A stretch of DNA of 64,000 bases from a bacterium (lineage in GTDB: Bacteria > Lernaellota > Lernaellaia > Lernaellales > Lernaellaceae). Numbering within the stretch: position 1 is the stretch's first letter; every line of letters starts with the position of its first letter. The DNA lies in assembly GCA_036725605.1 (NCBI GenBank), contig DAIMDW010000001.1, positions 545,045 through 609,044 of the forward strand, written 5' to 3'. The notes beneath the pieces were generated by a model that saw only the letters and a list, made by a program, of their open reading frames with translations, was not told the origin of the DNA and did not search any database. This document shows, one piece after another, positions 48,487 through 57,567 of this stretch. Position numbers and translations under genes: made by a program.

Positions 48487-49452
48487 TCACTCGCACGGAT
48501 CGTCCGGAATCTTGAAACCGTAGGCTTCCAACTCGGCAACCTCGAAACTGTACTTGCCGGTGAATACCGCGTTCGGCCGGTTGCTTTCATGCAGGAAAAG
48601 AAACACCCAGCGCCCTTCCACCGGAGCATCTTCCAGATCGATGCTGTTGTTTTGGATGTCCAGGTCCGCCGCCTGCTCGACGGTTTCCAACAACACGTAA
48701 CCGTAGTCGGCCGGGTCCTCGACTCCCAGTTCATGAGGCATCTTGGCCACGTTGTCGTTGGTGTTCAGATAAACGTCGAACTTGGTGCCGTACTCGTAAT
48801 CGCCGGACAGGGCATCGCGCCCCCAATGGATTTCGACGCGGTTGATCCAGTATTCCTGCTGCATCTTCACGCCGATCCACTGCGGCTGGTAATCGGCGCC
48901 CTCATTGATCGGATTGGTCGTGTTTTCCCACCAGGTGAGATAGTTGCCGTCGATCGCCTTGTCGGCGGTGTTGTTCGGCTTGGTGGAACTGGTACTACTG
49001 ACCTCGACCGTGGAACTCAACGAATAATTGTCGGTGTGTTGCTCGATGACGACCGATGAACTGTCGCTGCGATTGCCCGCGGCGTCCTCGGCGACGAACT
49101 GCAAGGTGTTCACCACCTCCGGCTGCAACGCGACCTTCACGCAAAATTCGCCGTCGGCGTTCGTCTGCGCTTCCGCGTCGGCCAGCCCGCCGGTCACGTA
49201 GATCAACGATCCGGCTTCGGCGGCGCCGTGAATGCTCTGATACGACAATCCCGTGGGGCTGGTCGGATCGTCCACCTCCGGCGCATCGGGCGGCGTGGTG
49301 TCGGGCGGACCGTCATCATCATCGTCGGGCGCGGCGGTGTCGTCATCATCGGCGATGGGGGCATCGACTGTGGAAGAAGTGTCGCAAAAGAAAAGCGGCG
49401 TGCACATCAGCAACACAAAAACCAGCAGAAGGATAGACCGGCCTGCGTGCAT
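48487..49452 (-). CDS. Secreted protein with acidic D/P/T linker, Ig-like domain and F5/8 type C (discoidin) domain
   Basis: Signal peptide, then DDDDTAAPDDDDDGPPDTTPP. C-terminal AIDGNYLTWWEN...WIGV...I.RVEIHW is typical of discoidin domains. Confidence 0.55.
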   Translation of the reverse strand: MHAGRSILLLVFVLLMCTPLFFCDTSSTVDAPIADDDDTAAPDDDDDGPPDTTPPDAPEVDDPTSPTGLSYQSIHGAAEAGSLIYVTGGLADAEAQTNADGEFCVKVALQPEVVNTLQFVAEDAAGNRSDSSSVVIEQHTDNYSLSSTVEVSSTSSTKPNNTADKAIDGNYLTWWENTTNPINEGADYQPQWIGVKMQQEYWINRVEIHWGRDALSGDYEYGTKFDVYLNTNDNVAKMPHELGVEDPADYGYVLLETVEQAADLDIQNNSIDLEDAPVEGRWVFLFLHESNRPNAVFTGKYSFEVAELEAYGFKIPDDPCE

Positions 49453-49581
49453 GCTCTCCCTCCTGATTGCGGCTCTGGTTCATTAACGCGGAATTATATT
49501 TCGATGGTAGGGCCAACCCTTGAGGGCGTCAAGGTTCTCTTGCGGTAACGCGACCGAATTTATGCAAATTAATATTGTCGT

Positions 49582-50532
49582 TCAGCCCAATTCGGGCGGC
49601 TCGGCGATCGATATGTGATGGTCGCGGCAGAAGGTCGGCCAGCCGATGACCGTGCCGCCCATGAAGGTCATGCGCACCGCCTCGGCCGGGCAATTGTTGA
49701 TGCACCCGCAACAGAGGATGCACCGTTCGCGGTCGATCAGCAGTTCCGCCGGATCGATCGCCCCCACCGGGCATGTCGCCGCGCACGTACCGCACTTGAT
49801 GCACACGTCGTGATCGACGTGGTGTTCGCCGGTCAATTTTTTCATCCACCACATCGGCTTGAAAGCCGTGAGCATCCCCGAAAAATCGCACTCGTGATCG
49901 ATCGCCGTGACCTGATTGGCGCGCACGTGCTCCAGCAGGTCGCGGGCGAATTGCCGACAGCGTTCGTAGGTTTCCGTATCGGGCAGATGCTTGAAGCGCA
50001 ACGTGCGTTTCGCGCCCGAGCCGGTCAGCGAAGGGGCGAAGGTGTTCATGTTGCTGAACGCGCTCATGCCCACCGGCACGCCGCCCTTGGCCGTCAGCAG
50101 TTCCACCAGATTCCAGCCGGTGTTGATCGGATTGGAACCCTTGTTGCCGTAGGTCACCCACGCGGCGACCGGCACTCGCGACAGCGACGGCAGCGTGGTC
50201 AGCCGGTCAACGACGTTGGGCGGCACGTCCATGTAATGCACCGGCACACCGATCACCACCAGGTCGAAATTCGCCGCCGTGCTCAAATCGAAATCGCGTA
50301 GCGGCGCGGCGGTTGTTTGCAGCCCTTCGGTTTCAAAGGTCTTGGCCAGCAAGCGCCCCAGACGCTGCGTGTGGCCGGTCTGGCCGTACCAGAGCACCAG
50401 CGCCGATTGCGGATCGTTGCTGCGCATCTTCACCGGCGCGATCGACCGGGCGTTGCACGTGTCGGCGCAACCGGCCGCTCCGCCCACCAGCGCGGCGCCG
50501 GCCCCGACGAGAAACTGACGACGATCAAGCAT
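49582..50532 (-). CDS. Tat-exported flavodoxin-like / 2x[4Fe-4S] ferredoxin fusion protein
   Basis: Twin-arginine motif RRQFLVGAGA. Flavodoxin-like LVLWYGQTGHT. Two ferredoxin Cys clusters: CIKCGTCAATCP and CILCCGCINNCP. Confidence 0.6.
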   Translation of the reverse strand: MLDRRQFLVGAGAALVGGAAGCADTCNARSIAPVKMRSNDPQSALVLWYGQTGHTQRLGRLLAKTFETEGLQTTAAPLRDFDLSTAANFDLVVIGVPVHYMDVPPNVVDRLTTLPSLSRVPVAAWVTYGNKGSNPINTGWNLVELLTAKGGVPVGMSAFSNMNTFAPSLTGSGAKRTLRFKHLPDTETYERCRQFARDLLEHVRANQVTAIDHECDFSGMLTAFKPMWWMKKLTGEHHVDHDVCIKCGTCAATCPVGAIDPAELLIDRERCILCCGCINNCPAEAVRMTFMGGTVIGWPTFCRDHHISIAEPPELG

Positions 50533-50657
50533 GGTGTATTCCCTTTCGTTGCCTGACTTTATGCCCATGAAACGTCGCTGGCAACCAGCGCGATGCTTTA
50601 CATCCGACGGCAATCCGGCTAAAGGAGAACGACAAAACCAATGATGAGGATGTCGCG

Positions 50658-52115
50658 ATGCCGCAACCGGTATATACACCTCGGGAAATTATCGAGATGG
50701 ACGCCACCGCCGTTCTGGCCGCCTATCGCGCCGGCACGCTGCTGCCCAGCCAGGCCGTCGACGCCTACATCGCCCATCAGCAGCGGTTCAACGGCAAGCT
50801 CAACGCGATCGTCGACGAGCGCTACGCGGCCGCGCGGGCCGATGCGGCGCGGTGCGACGAGTTGCTGGCGCAGGGAAAACCCGAGGGCGCGTTGTTCGGC
50901 GTGCCCATGTCGATCAAGGAAGGCTTTGACGTCGTGGGCATGCACACCACCGGAGGGCTGGTGGAAAACCGCAACCGCATCGCCCACACCGACGCCAACG
51001 CGGTGGTCCGGCTCAAACGCGCGGGCGCGATCATCCTGAACAAAACCAACACGCCGGAACTTTGCTTCTGCCAGGAGACCGACAACAACCTCTTCGGGCG
51101 CTCGAACAACCCGTGGAACCTCGCCCGCACCACCGGCGGTTCGTCGGGTGGCGAAGCGGCGCTGATGGCCGTGGGCGGCGCGGCGGTCGGCTTCGGCTCG
51201 GACATCGGCGGCTCGATCCGTCTGCCCGCGCATTTTTGCGGCGTGGTCGGCTTCAAACCCGGCGCCTTCGCCTACCCGTCCGGTGGTCATTACGCGGGCA
51301 AAACGGCCGAGCATCAGGAAATGCTCATCGGCTACGGACCGCTCGCCAAATCGGTGCGCGATGCGATGCTCGTGTACGCGGCCGTACATCCGTCGTTCCG
51401 GCCGCCGCGCGACGCATCGCTGCCGTCGCGCCTGCCGGTGATCAGCTTCGCTTCCTTCGAGCGGACAATCTGCTCGCGCGAAACGTCACGCATCCATTTT
51501 CAGGCGCAGGAACTGCTGCGTGAACGAGACGCGGCGATCGACACCCGCCCGCCGGTATTCATGCGCCGCGTCGCCGACGCCTGGCAATTGATCATGAGCG
51601 AAGACAAAGGCAGCGGCGTGGTCGACGAGGTGTACCCGGGACGGCCCCGCGCCTACCTGCACGATCTGTTGCGCGCCAAGCTCGGCCGGCGCGCCGACCA
51701 TCATCCGTTTCTGACCTGGGGCATTCTGGGCACGCAACTGTTTCCGCCCAACGACAAACAACTGCGCTGGGCGGTCGATTTCGCCAAGGACAGCACGCGG
51801 CAGTTGGCCGAAACGCTCGGTGAAACCGGCGTGCTGCTCACTCCGGCCTATCCGACGCCCGCGAAAAAACACGGGCAGGTGTACGGCGAGATTTTCAGCA
51901 TCACGATGTCGTTTCGCAAGGTGATGCCCTTCATGGCGCTGGGCAATGTGCTGGGGCTGGCCTCGCTGATCGTGCCGTGCGGATTTTCCGACGACGGTCT
52001 GCCCATCGGTCTGCAGGTGGCGACGCCGGTGGGCAATGAGGCGACGATGTTCCGCGTCGCTTTGTTGTTGGAAAAAGCGTTCGGCGGCTACCGACGCAAC
52101 ACACAGTACGATTAA
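50658..52115 (+). CDS. Amidase (amidase-signature family)
   Basis: GGSSGGEAA signature, with catalytic Lys/Ser context in KEGFDVVGMHTTGG and GSDIGGSIRLPA. Confidence 0.8.
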   Translation: MPQPVYTPREIIEMDATAVLAAYRAGTLLPSQAVDAYIAHQQRFNGKLNAIVDERYAAARADAARCDELLAQGKPEGALFGVPMSIKEGFDVVGMHTTGGLVENRNRIAHTDANAVVRLKRAGAIILNKTNTPELCFCQETDNNLFGRSNNPWNLARTTGGSSGGEAALMAVGGAAVGFGSDIGGSIRLPAHFCGVVGFKPGAFAYPSGGHYAGKTAEHQEMLIGYGPLAKSVRDAMLVYAAVHPSFRPPRDASLPSRLPVISFASFERTICSRETSRIHFQAQELLRERDAAIDTRPPVFMRRVADAWQLIMSEDKGSGVVDEVYPGRPRAYLHDLLRAKLGRRADHHPFLTWGILGTQLFPPNDKQLRWAVDFAKDSTRQLAETLGETGVLLTPAYPTPAKKHGQVYGEIFSITMSFRKVMPFMALGNVLGLASLIVPCGFSDDGLPIGLQVATPVGNEATMFRVALLLEKAFGGYRRNTQYD

Positions 52116-53224
52116 TCGAAGTCGAATCCGTCCTCATAAAACAGTTGCAGGCAGGCGTCGACGACCGCCGCGTCGTACTGCACGCCCTTTTTCGCCGAGA
52201 TGTCCTCCAGCGCCGACGCCAGTCCCTGCCCCGGCCGATAAGGTCGATGATAGGCCATCGCCTCGACCACGTCGGAGACCGAGATGATCTTCGTTTCCAA
52301 CAAAATCTTGCTGTCGCTCAATCCTTGCGGATACCCCGAGCCGTCGATGCGCTCATGATGCTGCAACACGATCTCGGCGATGTGCTTGGGTAGATTCGTT
52401 TTATGCAGAATATCATAACCGACCTGCGGATGCTTGCGCACCAACGCGAGTTCCTCGCTGGACAGCTCGCCCGGGCGCGCCAGGATTTCCGCCGGCACGG
52501 TCATCTTGCCCAGGTCGTGAATCAACCCGGCCATGTACAGCAGCCGAATGCGATCCTCCGCCAGGCCCATTTTCTCGGCGATGCGCCGGGCCAGTTTGGC
52601 CACCCGCAGTTGATGGCCGGCCGTGTACGGATCGCGTTTTTCGATCGTCTCGGACATGATATGAATGATGTCCTCGTTCGCTTTGGCCAACTCGTCCAGC
52701 GACCGTTGCAGTTCCTCCTGTACCTCGGCGCGCTCCTGAATTTCCAACTCCAACCGTTTGTTGGCCTCGATGAGCATGGCGGTGCGTTCGTCCACCAGCC
52801 GTTCCAGATGCTTCTGATAACGGAAATTTTCCTCTTCGAGCCGTTGCTTCTCGTCGCTGAGTTGCTTGATGCGGGCGGCGCCGACCACGACCTTGCGGAT
52901 GTCCCGCCCACTGACTGGCTTGGCCAGATAATCGAAGGCGCCGGCGCGCACCGCTTCGGAAGCCGTTTCCACCGTCGGCTCGCCGGTGATCATGATCACC
53001 TGGATGTTCTTCGATATCTTGCGGATCTCGCCAAGCAACTCGATACCGTTCATCCGCGGCAGAATGATGTCGCTGACCACCACGTCGAATTGGTCGGACT
53101 TGATCAACTCCAACGCACTGATGGCGTTGTCGGCCATGGACACGTCATGCATATCCTGTTTCAAAAAGGCATTGAACGTATGACGGATACTTTCTTCATC
53201 GTCGACAATGAGGACTTTAGCCAT
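52112..53224 (-). CDS. Response regulator with HD-GYP c-di-GMP phosphodiesterase domain
   Basis: GAGGAG RBS. REC domain (VLIVDDEES...VVSDIILPRMNG). The H..HD...K..HHER.DGSGYP signature is present as HHERIDGSGYP. Confidence 0.8.
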   Translation of the reverse strand: MAKVLIVDDEESIRHTFNAFLKQDMHDVSMADNAISALELIKSDQFDVVVSDIILPRMNGIELLGEIRKISKNIQVIMITGEPTVETASEAVRAGAFDYLAKPVSGRDIRKVVVGAARIKQLSDEKQRLEEENFRYQKHLERLVDERTAMLIEANKRLELEIQERAEVQEELQRSLDELAKANEDIIHIMSETIEKRDPYTAGHQLRVAKLARRIAEKMGLAEDRIRLLYMAGLIHDLGKMTVPAEILARPGELSSEELALVRKHPQVGYDILHKTNLPKHIAEIVLQHHERIDGSGYPQGLSDSKILLETKIISVSDVVEAMAYHRPYRPGQGLASALEDISAKKGVQYDAAVVDACLQLFYEDGFDFD

Positions 53225-56200
53225 GATTGGGCTCCTCGTGTTCGCTGCCGTTGTCGTCACCCTTCAATGACCAACCGGGGTCGATCGGCAGGTCTATATA
53301 AAAACGTGTAAATCTCATTTTTTCACTTTCAACCCGAATTCTTCCTTTATGTTCATTTATTATCCCATGACTGACCGAAAGTCCCAGTCCGGTGCCCGCA
53401 TCGCGCGTTTTGGTCGTGAAAAACGGATCGAAAATCCGGTGCCTGATTTCCTCGTCGATCCCCTCGCCGTGATCTTCGACCACCGTGCGAATCCACTTTC
53501 GTTCATCCTCTTCGAACAGATGGGCGTCGATCCTGAGCACTTTTTCTTCATTGAATGCCGGATAACGATGATTCAGCGAGTCGCGGGCGTTGGCGATCAG
53601 GTTGATGAACACCTGCTGCAATTGTTGGCTGCGGCATTTGATCGAGGGCAAATCGCGCGATACGTCGACCTGTAAGGTGATTTGATCCTTGCGCAAAACG
53701 GTTTCCATCAGCCCCAGGGAGGCCTCGATGATGTCGGCGAGCACCGCCGGGCTGTGCCGCTCCTTATCCTGCCGGGCAAAGGACAGCAAATTGTGAACGA
53801 TCTTGGCCACCCGTTTGCTTTCCTCGATGATTTTCTCCGTATAAACCATCGAGTCATCGCCGGAGGCGAGATGGTCCTGGATCAGCTCGGCGAAATTCAT
53901 GATGCCGTTGAGCGGATTGTTGATTTCGTGGGCGATGCCGCTGGCCAGGGTGCCGATCGATTCCAGTTTCTGTTGTTGCCGCAATTGCGCCTCCAGGTTT
54001 TCCCGCACCGCTTCATTGCGTTGATGCGCCAGAACGTGCGTGAACAAGTCGGCGACGGTTTTCAAAAATTCCACGTCCACCTCGAGCCAGCGCCGCGCTT
54101 CGACGATCGTCTCCAGGCCGAGGAAGCCCACCAGGTCGCCATGGTGGGCAACCGGCACAATCAGAATCGATTGAACGTCCTCACGGTCGAGTTCATCCCG
54201 CAGCGCGTTCGCCTCGGGAGGCAACGAGTCGACGTCGTCCACCATGATCGGCTGAAAAACGCGCAATTGTTTCAACAACCAGGAATGATCTTCATAAGGG
54301 AGGTTTTTTTGATTTTCTTTTCGCGTGGCGACACCCCCGCAACACCATTCATGCGTCGTGGCGAAGGTTTGTTTGGCCTCGTCGGTTTGGCAGAGGAAAG
54401 CACGCTCGACATCCTTGAATTGGCCGATTTTCGCCAGCGAGGATTCAATGGTCCGATCGATTTCCTCCAACGATCCGGCCACGAAATCGGCGGAGATCTC
54501 ACCGATCATCTGGTCGGTGCGCATCCGTTCCACCAACTCCCGACGCGCCTTTCTTCGTTCGGTGATGTCGTTGGCGTACACGGCGATGCGCGTGACCTCT
54601 TTCTGCTCGTCGAACACCGGATACAAACTCGTGTCCATGATCCGCGTTCGCCACGCCGTCTCCCAGCGTAACGGCCGACCGGATTCAATTACTTTGCGGA
54701 TTTCTTCCTCGGCGACGATCTCCTGTTCCGGCGCCAGGTGGTCGTAAATCGATTGGCCGATGATTTTCTCCGGCGTTCTTTCCAGGTATTCCGCCGCCAC
54801 GGAATTCAACGCCAATACGTCGCCTTGCGCATCGATCAACAAAGCGGCGTTCGTTGTTGCATTCAGTAGCGCGCGGGCGGTTTCCTCGCTCTCGCGCAAC
54901 GCCTTTTCCGCTCGCACGCGATCGGTGATGTCGGTCAACACGGCGATGACGCCGATCAGATTGTCCGCGCCGTCGCGCTTGTATCGCCAATCGACCTGCA
55001 CCTCCCGAATCAGCCCGTTCTTGTCTTTGATCCGGTCGAAATACACGGTTGGTTCAGGCTCGTTTGTGATTATATCGCTGAAATATTGTTCCGATTTACC
55101 ACGGATAATATCGTCGGCCGCGGTATCGAAAATCGTCATGCCGATCATCTCTTCCGGCGAATACTGGAAAATATTGCGGCAGGCCTGGTTGGTAAAAACA
55201 AAGCGTCCCTTCAAATCGATTTCCTGCACCACGTGGGGCAGCAACTGCAACAGATGGTGATATCTCTCCTCGCTGGCTTTGAGCGCCCGTTCGCTTTGTT
55301 GCAAATCGGTTACGTCCAGAATCATTCCGACCAGGCCGTTGATCTTGCCCGCCACATTATGAAAGGCCGCTTTATAAAAGATAACCTGACGCTCCTGCCC
55401 CTGGGCATTCATGACCGAGCCTTCGCGCACCAGTCGCCCGCCGCTTTCCAGCAAGCGGCGATCGTCCGCTTCCTTCTGGTCGATGTACTTGAGCGGAATG
55501 ACCTCATCGATGTTCCGGTTCGACAGTTCGTCCTTGCCAACGCCGATCAACCGTTCGAAGGCTTGATTGCAGCCCAAAAAGCGTCTCTCGATATCAACAT
55601 AATAAATGGGGTTGGGCATGTTGTTGATCAGTGTACTGAGAAACTCGACCGATTCTTTCAAGGAGATTTCCGCCTGCTTTTTTTCGGTCACCTGGTCGTA
55701 AACGGCGACGATTTCCCCGGAAGGCAATCTATAGACAAAATTCTTGTACCAGTTTTGCAGTTTATTGTCCGTATAAAAGGAAACCGGATGATGCTCCGGC
55801 TCGCCGGTTCGCCACACGCGTTTGAACACGTCGAGCAAACCGAACTCAACGATGCCGGGATGCACCTCCGTCACATTCCGGCCGATGATCTTCTCGCGCG
55901 TTGTGTTGTCGATGCGCAGCCCGGTCAGGTTGATGTCCTTGAAGAAAAACTGTTCGCCGTTCTCACGGACTTCGTAAACGGCCACGCCGCTGCTCATGTG
56001 GTCGAACAATCCCTTGTAGCGCCGTTCGCTATCGCGCACTCGCTCTTCCAGCCGTTTGCGGTCGTCGATATCCAATTGCATGCCGGCCATGCGCAACGGC
56101 TCGCCGTATTTGTCCCAATCAACGATCCGCCCCTGCACCGCCACCCATTTCCAGGCGCCGTCCCCGGTTTTCATCCGATGTTCCGAGCTGAAAAACTGCT

Positions 56201-57407
56201 TCATTCCCGCCAGATGACGATCGATTTTTCGCCGCACCTCCGGCAAGTCGTCCGGATGAATCAACGATGACCAAGGATTTTCGATGTGCTCGAGTTCCTC
56301 GTCGCTGTAATTGAGCAATTCCCCCCAATGATTGTTCAACGTGATGGAATCGGATTCGAGGTTCCAGTCCCACGAACCGAACCGGCCGCCCTTTTGAATC
56401 ATCGAAAGGTTCTCGTTGGTCGAACGCAGGGCCGTTTCAATACCGCGCCGCTCCAGGAAGGCCAACGCCGCGCCCAGCGTCGGAACGGCAATGATTGTCA
56501 AATAGATCGCCGTCAGAATCATTGTTTCCAAACCGGTCGGCAACAGCAGCGGTCCTTGCCCCGCCAGGGTGAAATAAACCGACAAACCGGCCGTGATCAC
56601 GATCGCCAACGACGCGCTGAACAAGTCGAAGCGTAGGGCGATGTAAATCAAAATCGGTATGACGACAAACTCGAAATGAAACAGCGGCGTATGACCGAAA
56701 AATCCGATCGAGTGCCGTAACAGGGAAACGTTGACGACAATCAAAACAATGAACGCAAGCAGTTGTTCAATCCGGCGCCAAGGGGTTCGTTTCACCACCG
56801 CCGGCGTTGACTGCGATAACAAAACGGGAGTGGTCACCAAAATGCCGCTGAAGGCGCTCAACCACCACGCCAGCCAGACGAACGGAACCTCGTTCAAGGA
56901 CGTCAGCCGTCCCCAGACGAAGCCGAACATACCGATCGTCGCCAAGATCGTCGCGCCGATAATCGCCCCGAAAAAGAGAAACCTGACCAGGAAAAACATC
57001 GAATCGAACCGGCGGCTTCCGGTCGTTTGCCGCAACAATGAGGCGCTGACGAGCGCCGCCAGCGCGGCTCCCAGGCCGATGGTCATCGCCGTCGGCAACG
57101 CGCCGTCCGTCAGGCGGCTTGTCCAGAGACTCGCCGTCGCCGCGCCGATAAAAATTCCCGGCAACAACCGGTAACCGAAGACCAAAACCGCGGCCAGCGC
57201 CAAGCCCGACAACACGCACGCCGGCGCCGCCAGTGAGAGGGGAATGGATAATTGCCTCGCCCCCATCGCGACAATCCAATAAGCGGCAATCAGCGCCGCA
57301 TTGGCGGCCGGCATAACCGGTTTGGATAATTTAATAACCTGGACGGATTTCATTCCCGCTTTTTTCCTCGGATTTTTTTGATCGCGTACTTTTTTTATGC
57401 GCTGCAC
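53217..57407 (-). CDS. Multi-sensor histidine kinase (N-terminal multi-TM MASE1-like region, four or more PAS/PAC modules, GAF, HisKA, HATPase_c)
   Basis: H-box HEINNPLNGIMNFAELI. N, G1 and G2 boxes (NLIANARDS, DHGEGID, GTGLGLS). The 3' end overlaps the downstream RR start by 8 nt. The exact start (57407 or 57353) is uncertain. Confidence 0.8.
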   Translation of the reverse strand: MQRIKKVRDQKNPRKKAGMKSVQVIKLSKPVMPAANAALIAAYWIVAMGARQLSIPLSLAAPACVLSGLALAAVLVFGYRLLPGIFIGAATASLWTSRLTDGALPTAMTIGLGAALAALVSASLLRQTTGSRRFDSMFFLVRFLFFGAIIGATILATIGMFGFVWGRLTSLNEVPFVWLAWWLSAFSGILVTTPVLLSQSTPAVVKRTPWRRIEQLLAFIVLIVVNVSLLRHSIGFFGHTPLFHFEFVVIPILIYIALRFDLFSASLAIVITAGLSVYFTLAGQGPLLLPTGLETMILTAIYLTIIAVPTLGAALAFLERRGIETALRSTNENLSMIQKGGRFGSWDWNLESDSITLNNHWGELLNYSDEELEHIENPWSSLIHPDDLPEVRRKIDRHLAGMKQFFSSEHRMKTGDGAWKWVAVQGRIVDWDKYGEPLRMAGMQLDIDDRKRLEERVRDSERRYKGLFDHMSSGVAVYEVRENGEQFFFKDINLTGLRIDNTTREKIIGRNVTEVHPGIVEFGLLDVFKRVWRTGEPEHHPVSFYTDNKLQNWYKNFVYRLPSGEIVAVYDQVTEKKQAEISLKESVEFLSTLINNMPNPIYYVDIERRFLGCNQAFERLIGVGKDELSNRNIDEVIPLKYIDQKEADDRRLLESGGRLVREGSVMNAQGQERQVIFYKAAFHNVAGKINGLVGMILDVTDLQQSERALKASEERYHHLLQLLPHVVQEIDLKGRFVFTNQACRNIFQYSPEEMIGMTIFDTAADDIIRGKSEQYFSDIITNEPEPTVYFDRIKDKNGLIREVQVDWRYKRDGADNLIGVIAVLTDITDRVRAEKALRESEETARALLNATTNAALLIDAQGDVLALNSVAAEYLERTPEKIIGQSIYDHLAPEQEIVAEEEIRKVIESGRPLRWETAWRTRIMDTSLYPVFDEQKEVTRIAVYANDITERRKARRELVERMRTDQMIGEISADFVAGSLEEIDRTIESSLAKIGQFKDVERAFLCQTDEAKQTFATTHEWCCGGVATRKENQKNLPYEDHSWLLKQLRVFQPIMVDDVDSLPPEANALRDELDREDVQSILIVPVAHHGDLVGFLGLETIVEARRWLEVDVEFLKTVADLFTHVLAHQRNEAVRENLEAQLRQQQKLESIGTLASGIAHEINNPLNGIMNFAELIQDHLASGDDSMVYTEKIIEESKRVAKIVHNLLSFARQDKERHSPAVLADIIEASLGLMETVLRKDQITLQVDVSRDLPSIKCRSQQLQQVFINLIANARDSLNHRYPAFNEEKVLRIDAHLFEEDERKWIRTVVEDHGEGIDEEIRHRIFDPFFTTKTRDAGTGLGLSVSHGIINEHKGRIRVESEKMRFTRFYIDLPIDPGWSLKGDDNGSEHEEPNHG

Positions 57408-57567
57408 TTCTTTATAAACTAATGATTTCCTCCAAACAAAACAACGAAGGATAATTTTTAATCCTCCGTCCGGCCGGTCCCTGCGGGAGTTATCCCACGC
57501 GGCGGTCTATACTTTTTTGTTGGGTAATGATAATCCTTTATGCTCAGTCGTTGCCGAAAGGAATTGT

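Noticed and set aside
53682-56270. Plus-strand ORFs of 329 and 394 aa
   Set aside because: Antisense to the 1396-aa histidine kinase.
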